Assembly (NCBI RefSeq): GCF_038025025.1
Contig: NW_027117346.1
Span: forward strand, 930,001-994,000
Source of the DNA: Phyllosticta citribraziliensis
Taxonomy: Eukaryota
DNA: 64,000 nt
Direction of reading: 5' to 3'
The notes under the pieces are model-generated. The model made no database searches, was not told the origin of the DNA, and saw only the letters and a list, made by a program, of their open reading frames with translations. The translations under genes were made by a program, and so were the position numbers. Every line of letters begins with the position of its first letter. The first letter of the stretch is position 1. This document shows, in pieces, positions 11,690-24,699 of this stretch.

Positions 11690-13384
11690 TTAGGTAAAAT
11701 CATAAACGACGAGAGCCTGGTTGCCCTGACCCCACTCCCTCAACACTATGACGTTTTCCTCATCGAAGCCTACCCAGTCGCCTGTACGCGTCCACTCGTC
11801 TGCTCGTCGCAAGGCCATGGCGAGGCTCGTTGATACGTCAGGAGCAGCATGGTCCGTCGCGCTCAACTCGTAGGATGACGGTTGCTTCTGGTCGGGTTGG
11901 ATTCGAATGCTCAATTCTCCAGCTGGTTGGCGCCTCCTGTTCGACGAGGAGCCCATGCCCCCCTCCAACTCCCACACTCTTATCTCGTCTCCCCTCGAAC
12001 TGACCGAGACAGCTTTGCCCCTAGCAGCAACATGTACTCCAGACACAGACGAAGTGTGACCCCACAACCGAGTCCCAGGTCCAATGGAAAGCGAGTCCTT
12101 CGTGGATTTTACCATGTAGAGCGTCAGGGTGTTATCCGGGTGCGAACTCAGGAGGTAGGGATGCGTATATGACAAGGACAGTGGCTTCGAATACGTGGCC
12201 GCCGATTTTGAGGTAACGTACCGGGATGATTCATCAGACGGCGAGTTGAAAGGCCGCTTTGACAGAGATTGAAACCCTGAATTTTCGGCAGAGGCTAGTC
12301 GAGAGTCGACCAACTTTCCCTCCGATGTGATGCGCATCTCCTGTATTCCGACGGTCCATCCGGAGAGGTATGTTGGCAGCGCGTACGCAATCGATGCGAC
12401 GAGGTCTTCGCTTGAAGGTCGGATGGAAAGAGAAAGGGGTGGCCAAACAGTATGAGACCTCAGTGAGTAGAGTAATCGGGGCGGGTCAAGCACTTCGTGG
12501 CCGGACTCTTCGTTTCGTCTCCTTGGAAATTTGTAGAGCGACATGAGTTGCATACCATTCATTGTCAGCAAATAAGGCCATGCACAAGCCACTGCTGATA
12601 CTATGCCATTGGAAGAAGCTGGATGGCTGTAGGGTCTCCAGAATTGGCGTATAGTTCTCGATAAACTGTAGATGGAGAAACTGCCGTCCCCGAATCCAAT
12701 GACCACATCTGTTGAGCCGGACGAATGCTCCTTGTCATCGACGGTCAAACACGTTGGGGCCGGTTGTTGGGGGTCCAGCGCAATGCTTGCGATCAAGTTG
12801 CGGCCCTTTCCAGCAGACCACGCTCGAAGTCCCGACTCCAAGTCCGCGGTGTAAATGATTCCATCATGGAAATGAACCAAGATGGGTGATGTCGAGGGTG
12901 TCTCCAAAAGAGGTATTTCGGCCACATCGCAGGTACCTCTTGACCAATTATGCCGCAGCTTGTATTGTCGTTTCCAGTTCGTCTCTTTTCCATTCTCAAC
13001 AAGGCTCGCCTCGTCCAGCCACTTGGAGATCCTGGAGGAGAAGTAGAGGTGTCCAGCAGTATTTACTTCTTTGATTCCAGGTAACCTCGAGGCTCGGGGG
13101 CGAACGAAGCGATTGTAGTATGCAGCCTTCCAGAGCTGCGAGTCGCAAGCGATTGCATGGAACCTTTTCGATACTCTATGTCGTGTCAGAGGGGAGAAAA
13201 AGATTGTTGCCAACGCGTCTCACCTTTGACAAGCATTGAGGCTGGGTATCGGAAGATATGAAAGGATGCGCAGGAGGGTCTCGTCGCTGAGTTGAGAAAG
13301 ACGGTCCGTATCTGAGGAACCTCTTGTCCGCTTCCTCGGAGGCGACCCAACTTCGCTCAGAGCGTCGGCAGTACGCTTCGCCAT
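11690..13384 (-). CDS. F-box protein with C-terminal WD40-like propeller
   Basis: Exon 1 MAKRTAD...DRLSQLSDETLLRILSYLPIPSLNACQR|VSKRFHAIACDSQLWK (F-box); C-terminal RLWGHTSSVSGV...EIRVWELE. Confidence 0.88.
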
Positions 13385-13807
13385 GGTTGCAGCCTTGGCA
13401 GGCTCAGAGTGTGGATTTCAAGAGAGCGGCATGGTTTGACCAGAGGCAATGTATTCCAAGAAACATTAGTAACGGCACAATGAACGTCACTGTTGATGGC
13501 GGGCAGCCCGCAGCCGGCTCGGAGGCGTCCAGTCGTCGTCTTATCGGACCGGGATCTTATCGGAGATCTCACGTGATCGCGATGGCGCTCGACGCGTTCC
13601 GTCTTGTTCCTTTCGCCTCTTTCGGTTCCTTGCATCAATGCTCCCCTGCTGTTGCCTTTAGCACGAGCACCCTTCTCTGCCTTGTACTTAACCACATCAT
13701 CTCTCTGCATACCAACCCTTCAGCGCACCCGCACTCTCTCTCCTCCCTCTCCGCAGCAATCGTCTGTGATGCCTGACGCGATGCGACGCGTCTGACCTGC
13801 ACGAGTC

Positions 13808-16306
13808 ATGGATCAGGACGACACGTTCTCCCAGGAGTCACAGGGCCTCTCTGCCGCTCATTTTGAAACCCTTCAAAAGAGCATACGCGATGAGAAAAAT
13901 CAGTGTATGCGGATGGCCAGCCTGGTGTTTCCAACGATGCACTAACTCACCCATTCAGACAGACATCGGATACGAGTTCTTGAGAGAAACAACTCTACCT
14001 TGCTTGTCCGAATCGACGAGCTTGAGCAAGAGAACAAGAGCTTGAAAGATCAACTGGCTGCAGCTTTGGATCATCATTCAAATGCAGGTCGAGTCGACCC
14101 GCCGTCGGAAGCGCAAGATGATCTCCCGGATTTCGCAGGCAACTGCCCGGCCAGCTCTCCTCCTGCCACTCACAGCGACACTACCCACGTATCTCACGAA
14201 AAGTGGTCAGAGCTCAACCAGAAATACAATGCTCTCGAACAGCAACACCGTCAAGACGCCGTTGCCAAGGAACGGCTTCAAGAGAAGTGCATAGAGTTGA
14301 AAGAAAAGGCAAAAATATGGGAAGATTACTTCAGAAAGCACGGAAACCCGAAGAGGTCAGATCCTGGAAGCTCTAAGAGCAGAGGCCCTCCAACGCCGGC
14401 CAGTGTGATGTCGCCATTACCTGAGGCTGCGGGTCTGACAGAAGCAGCCCAAATACTAATTCCGCCGGCCACGGAGCAGAACCACCGAATGCCTCCTGCC
14501 CATCTCCGACTTCAGAAGAAATGCGCAACGCCAATTGACCAATTGACACAACGTACTCCTCCAGGAACCGTAATGAAGGGCGTTTGGAAAGAACCAGGAC
14601 ACCAAGTCCACCCCAGGTCAGCCATTACTGAACCCGATTCAGAGATTTCGAACGGAAAATTACATCAAGCTTCTGATGATGGGAACGAAGCAGATTTTGA
14701 TGGTCTCGGGGGTGGCTCAAAAGAAACGCGGTCCAGTCAGACAACCCAAGAGGAGGATCACGAGTCAAATCAGGCAAGGCTGTCTGATGCGAGAGTACAA
14801 ACATCGGATGATGAAATGCCTCAAATTCTTTCGGAGCGGACACTCAAAAGGAAACGCCGTGGTGCTCGAGAAAATCCCGATTTCACCGTGTTTCAGGACA
14901 ATTCGAACGCATCGCAATCTAGCCCTGCATCGCATGTACGGGTTAAGAAAGAGCCAGATGAGAGCGTGCCAGTCTCACAAATCTTGGCGCCGTATCGCCC
15001 GACTGGTTCGGCGCTGGACCTGGACATGACGAATCAGCTCAAGACACCAAGAAAGCGTCGTCACTTGCGGACTTCAGCGAACTTTTCTCGAAGGAACCGC
15101 AAGGTGTATCCAGATGTTCCAGCATTACGACAGGAGAGATCATTCAGCGCTCCTGCCGAGTTAAACCGGCGTCTGCTTCCAGGAGCGCAACGCGCCAGTA
15201 ATGAGAGACGGGCTACCCGGACTGAGGAGATCCCCGATTCTGATTCCGAACCCATACATAATAGCAGTGGGGACGAAGAAAACACTGGCAAGGTCAACTC
15301 TTCTATTGCCAGTCCAAGAAAACACCTCAACACCAGACCATTGATCCAGGTGGACGCCAATCCTCGAGTCCCCCTTCCACAGCCCAAATTTGATTCGCGG
15401 CCTGAAAAGAAGCGCGTAAAGCAATCCAGAGGAGCAAAAGTGATAAATACTGTCTCCGAAAGCGGCGAGGAAAAGGCCCCTGAGTGCGAAATGGCCCCAG
15501 AGGTGAGCAAGGAGTCGAGGCGCCGATTGGCTAGTCTTCTTGAGGCAGAAACTGTCCTGGAGTCTCTTAAACTCGCAAAGCCCTCAACTCCCGCATCAAG
15601 TCGAACCGCTCGACGAGTTCACAAGCCTGATCCTTCTGGAAAGACTCCACAGTCGGAACCTATGCAAAGGAAGACACTGGCATCGACCCCGCAGACCGCG
15701 TCGAAGATGCCTCAACGGACATCCAAACGCTTGCTGGAGCGGTACCCCCAGCCACTACGGTCAAAACCGCTTGAACAGCTTGGCATCAATGATTTCAAAA
15801 TCAATCCGGTTGTCAATGATGGCGTTTCGTTTGCCTACAACCAGGTCATTCGGAACCGAGAGGCGCGTCGGTGTTTGCCAGGATGCATCAGAGAGGAATG
15901 CTGCGGCCCAACTTTCCGTGCTCTTGTCGAGTCCGGCGTCGACCCTCCAGTGGAGCAGGGTTTGTGGGAATCGCCCGAAACGGATCTTACCACAGACGAC
16001 AAGTACCTTCGCGCATATCTTGGCTCTACCTACAACAAGGAGGCTTTTCAGCTGAAACCTCTGGCAGAACAACAGGCAGTTCTGGAAATGGCGAAAATGA
16101 AAGCATGGGCAAATCATTCAGGACGCCACAAGCAAGTTTTTCAACGGGAGCGGACACCGCCTGGGTTCTGGAGGACAGATTTCCCAGCCACACAAGAATT
16201 GCAACGGGACAGAGAAGCAGCCCGGATGGAAGAGAGGAGGCTTGTAGAGGAGCGATGGAGAGAGGCAATGACAGAAGGGGGACGGTGGCTTTTCCGGGAC
16301 GAGTGA
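13808..16306 (+). CDS. SAE2: DNA end-resection factor Sae2/Ctp1/CtIP
   Basis: N-terminal coiled coil; C-terminal RRCLPGCIREECCG and GRHK...RERTPPGFWRTDFP signature. One intron at about 13905-13958. Confidence 0.9.
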
Positions 16307-16768
16307 CTGCGTCCTTCTTGTCTGATGTGCTGCCTCGCTTCTCCCCTTTGGGACAATGAATCAACAACATTCACATTCGTGTGGCATGGCCACGAGGCTC
16401 CAAATTCGATTGTTACAAGGCATGTTACAAGGCATGGAGAGACTTCATTGCACCGATTGCATGATGGGGAGTAGCTGCATCGCTTTCATCGGGAACATGA
16501 CTATATTTGGGGACAAGCACGACGACACAATGTTTCTTCCCTGCAGCTTGCACCCGGCTGGAAATGCAAAAATGCTAACTTTGTTTGGACCGTCCAAAGA
16601 AAATGCTGACAATCTTCCCTAGAGTGTGATCCCAGTGCTGAACAAACGTTTCCAGTCAAGGTCATGCCGCATCGAGTCCACGGCCATTGGTCTTCTAAGA
16701 GTCCTGCCACAGTCTTGTCAGCATCTCTGGTCCACACCCGCAGAGGGGCAAAGGCTACCTTGAGCAGC

Positions 16769-17098
16769 TCAGAAAATCCTCTGTAGGAGCAGAATGAGGA
16801 CGTTCGCCCCGAAGATGAGCAAGACGTTGGCGGGGACTTTAATGGCTGCATTGTCATCGCAGTCGTCGCAGTTGTTATCTCCTCCTCCGCCGCCGCCTCC
16901 GTCTGGATAACCACCTCCTCCGCCCCCTCCTCCACCTCCTCCGTGGTGCCCATTATTTTCTCCTTCCCAACCACCTCCAGAGTTCCATCCCGGCGCCGGA
17001 GCAGGATTGGCTAAAGCGACGGAGGCGGAGAAAAGAGAGAGGAAGACGAGTGTAAGAGAGAGGATGGAAAGGCTTCGAGCATAGAATGAAGCGGCCAT
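16769..17098 (-). CDS. Small Gly-rich secreted protein, probably GPI-anchored (about 109 aa)
   Basis: Signal peptide MAASFYARSLSILSLTLVFLSLFSASVALA, poly-Gly core, hydrophobic C-terminal tail after DNAA; TATA-like run at about 17176. Confidence 0.75.
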   Translation of the reverse strand: MAASFYARSLSILSLTLVFLSLFSASVALANPAPAPGWNSGGGWEGENNGHHGGGGGGGGGGGYPDGGGGGGGDNNCDDCDDNAAIKVPANVLLIFGANVLILLLQRIF

Positions 17099-17544
17099 TT
17101 TGAGTCGAGCGAGCCTGAGTTGAATCGAGGCGGATGTGGGAAGCAGAAATGACAATAGTCTATCAATAGGTCTCTTTTATATATGGCAGCGTGCCGACAA
17201 TGGGTCAGGCATCAAGAACTCTTGATGCAGCTGACGTGCAGCGGGTTTCTTGTCCAAATCATTGATTACGCTCTTGAGATGCAGAAGCAAGAGTTCGGGC
17301 GCTGTTAGCACAGAGACCGCCATGATTCTTGGGTTACATTGCCTTGGTGGTTGGGCACAGGCGCAGAGAAACTACCGTCGAGAGGCAGATGTCATGACGA
17401 TGGATCCCAGCTCGGTGCGGCGGTGTAGTGCCGGTGAGGGTTGTGTGGCTTGTGTGGCTTGCCCGGCCACGTCGCGTCGTCCCGTCCTCTGCACGACGCG
17501 TCTGGCTTTACCACAACCAACTCCAACGCCGACGACAACTCACC

Positions 17545-18580
17545 ATGGACGACCAGATCCCCGACACCCAAGACATTGCTCTTGAGACGCCTGTTGACGA
17601 CGTCTTTCGTGCGCCCTCGGTCCAGCCCTCGGAAATCTTCAAGGGCGCTTCTTACTCGCACTTTTCCCCTCTCCCTCAGACCATCGCCAGCGATCTCACC
17701 ACCGAATGCGTTCTCGGCGTCGATGAGGCCGGGAGGGGGCCCGTACTTGGTTATTCCACTTGCAATGTCCGAGACTTCAATCTGGCTAACAGGGACAGGC
17801 CCAATGGTGTACGCCTTGCTCTACCTTCCGCTTTCCCTCCACCGCTCCCTCCTAGCCGAGACGCACCACTTCGACGACTCCAAAGTCCTCACTCCGGCCG
17901 TGCGGTCCGATTTGATGGAAAAGCTATGCACGACTGGCACCGACCTCTACCAGAATTGCGGCTGGGCCACCAACGTCATGTCCGCGCGCGACATCTCGGC
18001 TGGCATGCTGAAGCCCAACGGGACGTACAATCTGAATGCGCAAGCCATGGACGCGACCATTGACTTGATCAAGCAAGTCTTGGCCAAAGGTGTCAATGTC
18101 AAAGAAGTCTACATTGATACGATTGGCAATCCCGCAGCGTACCAAAAGAAACTTGAGCGCATCTTCCCCACCTGCAAGATCACCGTGGCGAAAAAGGCCG
18201 ACTCGCTGTACCCTTGCGTCTCTGCCGCGTCTGTATGTGCCAAGGTGACGAGAGACGCCGCCCTCGACGTCAGCTACGAAGCGTACAAGACCGAAGCCGC
18301 AGATGGTTGGGGCTCTGGCTATCCTTCTGACGCGCGGTGCTCAAGCTGGCTCAAGAGAAACAAGGACCCTCTTTTTGGATGGGGCCCTGAGTGTCGCTTT
18401 AGTTGGGGTACGGCAAAGGATTTGCTCGAGGACAAGAAGATCAGCTTGAAGGTCGACTGGCCGGTCGATGACGATGCGGAGGGCATGAACATTTCATCCT
18501 TCTTCAATAACTCCGACGAGGCGGACGGAAGCGAATTGTCAAACTGGTATGGTAGACCAGTTACTGAAGAAATCTTTTAA
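17545..18580 (+). CDS. RNH201: Ribonuclease H2 catalytic subunit A
   Basis: CVLGVDEAGRGPVL|GPMVY, FDDSK, VYIDTIG, KKADSLYPCVSAASVCAKV, GSGYPSD; intron at about 17750-17798. Confidence 0.96.
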
Positions 18581-20657
18581 ACTCAGTGCTGGTCTGCACG
18601 AACGTCCATGGTCATATTGGGCCACTCCGCCTGGCGCTGAGTGGAGTTAAATGCTAATCTCAAAGCTGTTGGCAAAGACAACGACAGCTCCTTGAAACAG
18701 GGCCCAGTTGTGGTCTCATGCCATGGTCCTGGTCTAAAGTGGCCTCGTCTCCGACTCTAGCGTCGATATTTTAAACTGTGGATTCCAATGTCCAGAGAAG
18801 CCCTCCTCGCAACCGCACTCGTGCCTCGTACGAGTCCCTGGGATTCGGACTGAACGACTGTATCAAGACTCGAATTGTCAAGCACTCCCGCAATCTATGG
18901 GATGGATCAGCGCCAACTTCAAATCAACATCTTGGCCTGCAGACCAACAATCCTCCACTCTCGAGCCCCGACTTCAGGAGTCAGATCCAAGGAACAGCAG
19001 ACAGCTCTGCTTGGGGACGCAAATCAGACCAAGCCGCGTCCATAGCGGCAGAATCGACTTGAATGGGATTGGTTCATGCGCGCGGGAAGCATTCGACACA
19101 GTCCCAGCAGATAGAGTCGCAGTGATTTTTGGAGGCTGAGGAGCTGCCACGTACCGTGCCCAGTTGTCCAGATGATAGGGGATGTGGCGAAGACTGAAAA
19201 TTCTGGTATCCTACGCCGCAAGCTGTGGACTGAGCAGAGGATTGAAAACTGCACGCGCAGCTCATGCGCGGTCTTTCTTTGGTTACAGGTCCAGACGTAG
19301 ACTTGCGATTGTTCTTGTCAGGGCACGGAATTATCAGGTTGATTTGTATCGTTATCCAATCTTCTACCACACGCTCTGTCACCTGGTCGTCATAAACGAG
19401 ATGTCGCTGTAGAATTGCACCCGTCCAATAACATCATTCACTTTCCTAATCTCTGCAGCCACCGCCGTTGCAAACAAACGAACACACGCATGCTTCACAG
19501 CATACATTTTGGGCGCGGCTCTGAGGGGACAACTGTTGGGTAGATAATTGATAGACAATTCATGCTGCAGATTCTGCTTCTATAGGCTTCGCGTTGAAAA
19601 TGGGCCCTCACGAAGCTTGCTTAATCAATTGCATGTTTTCGTTGCACTTGCTTTTACCAACCATATTTGTTGGCGAGTTGCAAAAATTGTTGCGAAGCTG
19701 AAAATCCACGAAGCAAAGATACTAGCGGTGCAACATCTTTTGGGTTACTAGGAGACTGTACTTTGAGCAGTTGTGTTTAGCAGGACCTGTTGGCACTCTA
19801 AATATTACCATCACGTCTGTTTCTGTTGACGAGCGTTGTTGTGTAAATGGTCTTGACTCGAATGTGTATGACTTGACCGACCACCACTAGGTTCCGTCAC
19901 TCTTTCTGGCAGACGCAAACCTCTCAGACGAAAGTTACGACGACACCAATCACGCACGATCTAAGAATGGCACAAGCAGCAAACAACTACGCAGTCCATT
20001 CTCGACTTCCACCAAACTGACCGACCAGCCGACCGACTGCTCGACCGACTGAACCCCTTTCTCATATCATTACAAGCCTCTCATTCATCCTTCCTCCCTG
20101 CATGGCCTTATTCTCACCAGTCAAGACACAATGACGACCGCTCCCTCAGCCCAGCCTCAATTTCTCACAACTCATAAACGAGCGAGCAGATATTACGACC
20201 AGTCCTCCCAGGCGTTCGTTCGTCCGTCCCCAACGCATCGCGCAGAGTGACAGGCTGATTGCTTTTCGCCTTTCGCAGCTTGCATATTCCCATCCATCCA
20301 TTCTTTGATCTGACCTAGGCTTGCCTTGCCTAGCCTGGTCTAGCCGATCAACCAACCAACCCGACCAATCCCTTTTCCCCTTACCCGCTCATGATACAAG
20401 TGACGAATTGAATTTTGGAGACCAAATTAACCAACCAAACCGACCAGGACGCCGAACGCTCCCCCGGTTTGTCAAAATGAATGTGTGTGTGTGAATGTGT
20501 ATATGTGCAATAGTAGGGGCACGGGAGAAGAGAAAGAGTTGTGAGCAGGTAGAGATAGCTGACCTGCTCAGACTGCATTGGAAACGAACCAGTGGTGCTG
20601 AATGTCTGCCCAAATAAAGGACCGCTCAGATGCCGCAATCTAGGAATGCTCCCGGCT

Positions 20658-23600
20658 TCACCGATCATGCGGCCAAGGCCTGTGTCCACTCGCACTTAAA
20701 CCCAAATACGCCGCCGCTCCAGCACTCCCGGACCCAGAGCCTGCGGCGTGACCTCCAGAACTGCCAGCACCGCCGTGTGATGCACTAGATGAGGCGCCAT
20801 TGCCGTAGCCATCGAGCAAGCCCAGGAGCTTGTTCATCTGGTCGACGGCCGTCTTTGCCCTCTCCCGCACATCAAGCTCTGCGTCGCTGAGACAAAGGCG
20901 GACGCGCTCCTCGACGCCAATGGCGCGTAGCTCCAGCGCCCGCTGTTTCGCTGCCGGCGTATCGGACTGGTCCTCGATCCAGGTCAAGTTGTTGACGAGC
21001 CAGACGCAAGCGACGCGAATGCGACGGTCGGGGTGCCCGAAGAGAGGGAGGAGATGCTGCATCAGCGAAGATTGCGAAATGACTAGTTGCCGGTGGGAGG
21101 GCTTGCCGTTGGCGACGTGGACAATGATGAAGGTGGTGGCAAGGAGGATTTCGGGAGGCGCGAGGTGAGAAAAGTTGGCGGGAGCAGATGTAGACCGCTC
21201 GTGTGCGGAGGTAGTCCGGCCGTGTGGATCGGGCGAAGAGGACGTCGATCCTACGGGAGCTGGTTGGGACTGTGGAGATGCGTTATTTGGACGTGGTCGC
21301 AGTTTGGCCGTCAAGATTTCAAAGAACCTATCCCGTCCAAAGGTTTGTAGGACGTGGTCAATCATGTCGCCCGGGCTCGAGCCAGCGTCAACCATGATAA
21401 GGTTGCGGATGAAATCGAGAGCTTGCTCTTGAATGCGCAAGTCTTCCTTTTGAGCGCGTATGAGTGGGTTGGTCTCCGCTTCCTTGATCGCACGAAGCTT
21501 GGCTTTGTTCTTAGCTGCGACGCTGCTTTGAGTGCTTCTAGGCCTCAACAACCCGATGCTGTCGACCATCATGTCATCTTCGTCCCCAGAAATCTGGGAA
21601 TCGTTGTCGACATCCATCGAGGGTTCCTCGGGGGCATTGAGGAGATCAACTTGCTCGCCGGCTGCATTAGGAGTCCCCATCCCAAGCGGAGTCTCTGGCC
21701 TCGAGGCCTGGACTCTGACTTTCGAGGGCATCTGCACCTGCTTGGTCTCCCCGTAGACGGTCTGAACCAACCACCCAACGCCAAGCTCTTCCAAGCACTG
21801 CGATTTGGTTCCGTTGTTAGCCTGAAGGACGAGGTGCTTCAGTGCCCACATGGAAATAAGACGTATTCTTGAGTCCGCCGAATGTGCGTGCTCGCAGAGT
21901 GTCGTCAAGACGCCTGCCTCGATGAGATCCTGGAGTCTGTCAGCGACACGGCCTGTCAAAAAAAACACTAGATTCTCACCTCTCGCATGGGACTGAATTG
22001 AAGCAACAGATTGCACAATACGTCCGTGGTTGCAATCTGCACGTCCACGACAGGGTGCTTGAGGAGCCCATAAATTGGCTTTGCAATGTCATAATCCATC
22101 ATGCTAGTCCGTAACACGCTGACAGATCTGGACATGGCCCGAGCCGCGTTACACGCAGCTATGAGAACAGGGTCCGGATTGCCGTCTTTAGGGCCGTTCG
22201 ATATGTTCTCTCTGGCCGCCCCTTCCTCGTCATTGGAGTACGGTATGAGAGAGTCTGCGATGCAAGCTACAGCACCGCTTTCGATGATGGTCTTGCGGTG
22301 TATATCCTCCTTGTGCGCAAGTCCAGCCAGGGCTAGGAGAGCGGCTTCTCGACACTTGAGCAAGCTCACTATTGACGTTGGAGGACCCACGCTACCTAAA
22401 ACGTCGTGTCTCTCCATGCCCTCCAGTGTGTCCATATCTTCATCCGGCGAGGGTGTCGGTGACCATCGCTTAGGCTGTGTACCGCCGACCACGTCGAAAG
22501 TCTTCTTAAGAGTCTGGCAAACTTTCTTGATGATGCCAGCGTCGGCAGCCGCGTTCTGTATCATCGTGTCATAAACCAGTATGGCGGCGAGCGATTTCAT
22601 GGCCTCGGTGGCAGTTTCTGACCATGCTTTTGAGTCCGTCTCGTTGATCATACTGGTCAACAAGGGGACGATGAGAACTGCCAATAGCCTTCTTTGGCCT
22701 TCCTTCATTTGATCCGTTCTATGGTCAATGGGATTCGTCTCGGCAAACTCCACAAGCAGCGTCAGCAGCCGTACATACGTGAGCCGTTCTTCGTCATGGT
22801 GTTCTCGAGCCATGCGAACAAGCCATGCGTAGAGCGGGCTCTCGTACTCTTGCCCTGTGACGGGCTTGGCGTGGCTCTGCGATTGTGATTCGGTGAAAGT
22901 TGAAAGCCGGGAACTATCACCGGGCGCTGAAAGGGAACCCAATGCGGGGAAAGCTTTTGAGAAGCTGCTCTCCTTGGTGTGCGCAGCCTGCAGTTGAGGG
23001 AGCAAAAACTCAAAGGAGGGCTCCTCTTCGCGATTGCGGTCGTAGAATCTCGACGTAATCATAAACCCGTATTTCTCAAGAGATGCTAGTTGTTTCGTGA
23101 TCGGAAAGACAGCAACGATTGATGAGCAATACAGGAATCGCGCTGTCCGGTAATCAGAACCCTCTATGATGCTGGAGATGGCAGAAACTAGGTGGAGAAA
23201 TGTCGCCTTGGACGGGGTAGGAGGCAATCCTTCGATGGCAGAAGCCTCGGCTACGGGGCAAAGGAGAGGCGAGGTGGAAACGTGGGCAGCGAAATGAGCG
23301 GCAAGCAGATCCAGCGCTCCAGATTTGACAAGGGAATTCCGATGTTGCTCATCCCGACACGTTTTTTCAATCAGCTCCGCGACCAGAGCGATCTGCTCTT
23401 GTACACTGCGTTGCGCAGACCGCTGAGCCAAAATCTCAGTCAAGTAATCGCCCTCGGGCTTCTTGTAGATTGCGCTCGCCACCCGATCTCTGTAATGGCT
23501 TGGAAAGAGGTCCGTTCCTGTCGACGAGGCGATGGAGATGAGAGTGCGCAGGGTCGCCGTGAGTAGCCTTGGAGGAGTTTCGTTGGGACAGAGAGCGCTC

Positions 23601-24044
23601 AAGAGAGGTTCCAAGAGGCCGCCTGCGATGATGGGAGGTATGAATGGAAGGCCACCTGAACAGCATATCTCGGTCAGAGAAACTTGGTCCTGAAGCTCAC
23701 AGCAGCAAGGATTGAGTAGACATACCCACAGCCAGACTTCCGACTATCAGCGTGGCCTGCAAGCGCTCTTCATCGTCATGGGCCCAGCTTTCTGGGCACT
23801 CGGTAGAGGAGGATGCCACAGGTCCGCCATTCAATTGTCTCTGGCGTCTTTTCCCAGCGCTCTTTACATTGGACTGGAGGACTCGGCTGAGTTGGGGTAT
23901 CAGGCCTCTCCTGACTACCAGCTCCTTCCTGTGGTCGTGGCCGACAATAAAGTTCTTGAGCTGCTTGAGGGCGGCGACTTGCTCGGCGGGGCCCAAGGGT
24001 TCTCGCAGCTCGCGGAGAGCTGTGGGGGTTTGTGCGCGTGTCAT
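20658..24044 (-). CDS. Armadillo-repeat protein ARMC8/Vid28 (GID/CTLH complex)
   Basis: ALKQLKNFIVGHDHRKELVV, ARAMSRSVSVLRTS, LCNLLLQFSPMRE, WALKHLV, WLVNNLTW; introns at about 23657-23724 and 21930-21979. Confidence 0.85.
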
Positions 24045-24350
24045 GTTTGGAGACGTCGAAGGGTGAGCGAAGGGCAACGGGGACCGCTCGCAAGGCGTGG
24101 CGATGTCGTGGGTCAGCTCGAACGGAGGCGCAGGTGCGGAGCGCGGAGGGCGGGCGGGCGGGCGGGAGATGAGCGTGTAGGTGGGTTGTCGTGTTATGTG
24201 TCGACGCAACGATGTGCCATTAGGATCGGCGGTAGAGACGGGGTTGGGTCGTGGAAAGATGGTGGAGGTGAAAGCGGTCGAGCAGCGGTCTGGTGAAGCT
24301 TGTCGGCCGGCAGCAGCGACTGGACCTGCGTGACGTTGATGCCGAGCGCA

Positions 24351-24396
24351 GCCAGAAGCCAGAAGCCAGAAGCCAGAAGCCAGAACGGAAGCCAGA
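24351..24396. repeat. 7-bp minisatellite (GCCAGAA)n, about 5-6 units
   Basis: gccagaagccagaagccagaagccagaagccagaacggaagccaga. Confidence 0.9.
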
Positions 24397-24699
24397 CCTG
24401 AGCGGCCCGCCCGCCTGGAACCTCTCAGAGCCAAACGCCCTGCCAAACATTCCGTTTCGCTCAACACCACAAAACATCCAGGTATCTTGTTGGAAGAAAT
24501 TTCTGAAGTCATGTTTCTGAGGCAGGGATCGAATGCTCCCAAAGAGCAACCATGGTAGCGATTGACAACCCCGTACATGCAAGTAGCGATAAATGCTCCC
24601 TGTACCCGAACAGTTGCAAATCCAGCCAGTTCATATTTTCATTATCTGGGCTATCCCATGGTGAATCTAATATTTACGGCTGACTGCTCAGTCCAAACT

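Noticed and set aside
18600..20600. Possible gene or ncRNA in the RNH201-ARMC8 spacer
   Set aside because: Only short ORFs and simple repeats (CCAA, GT); no recognisable RNA motifs.
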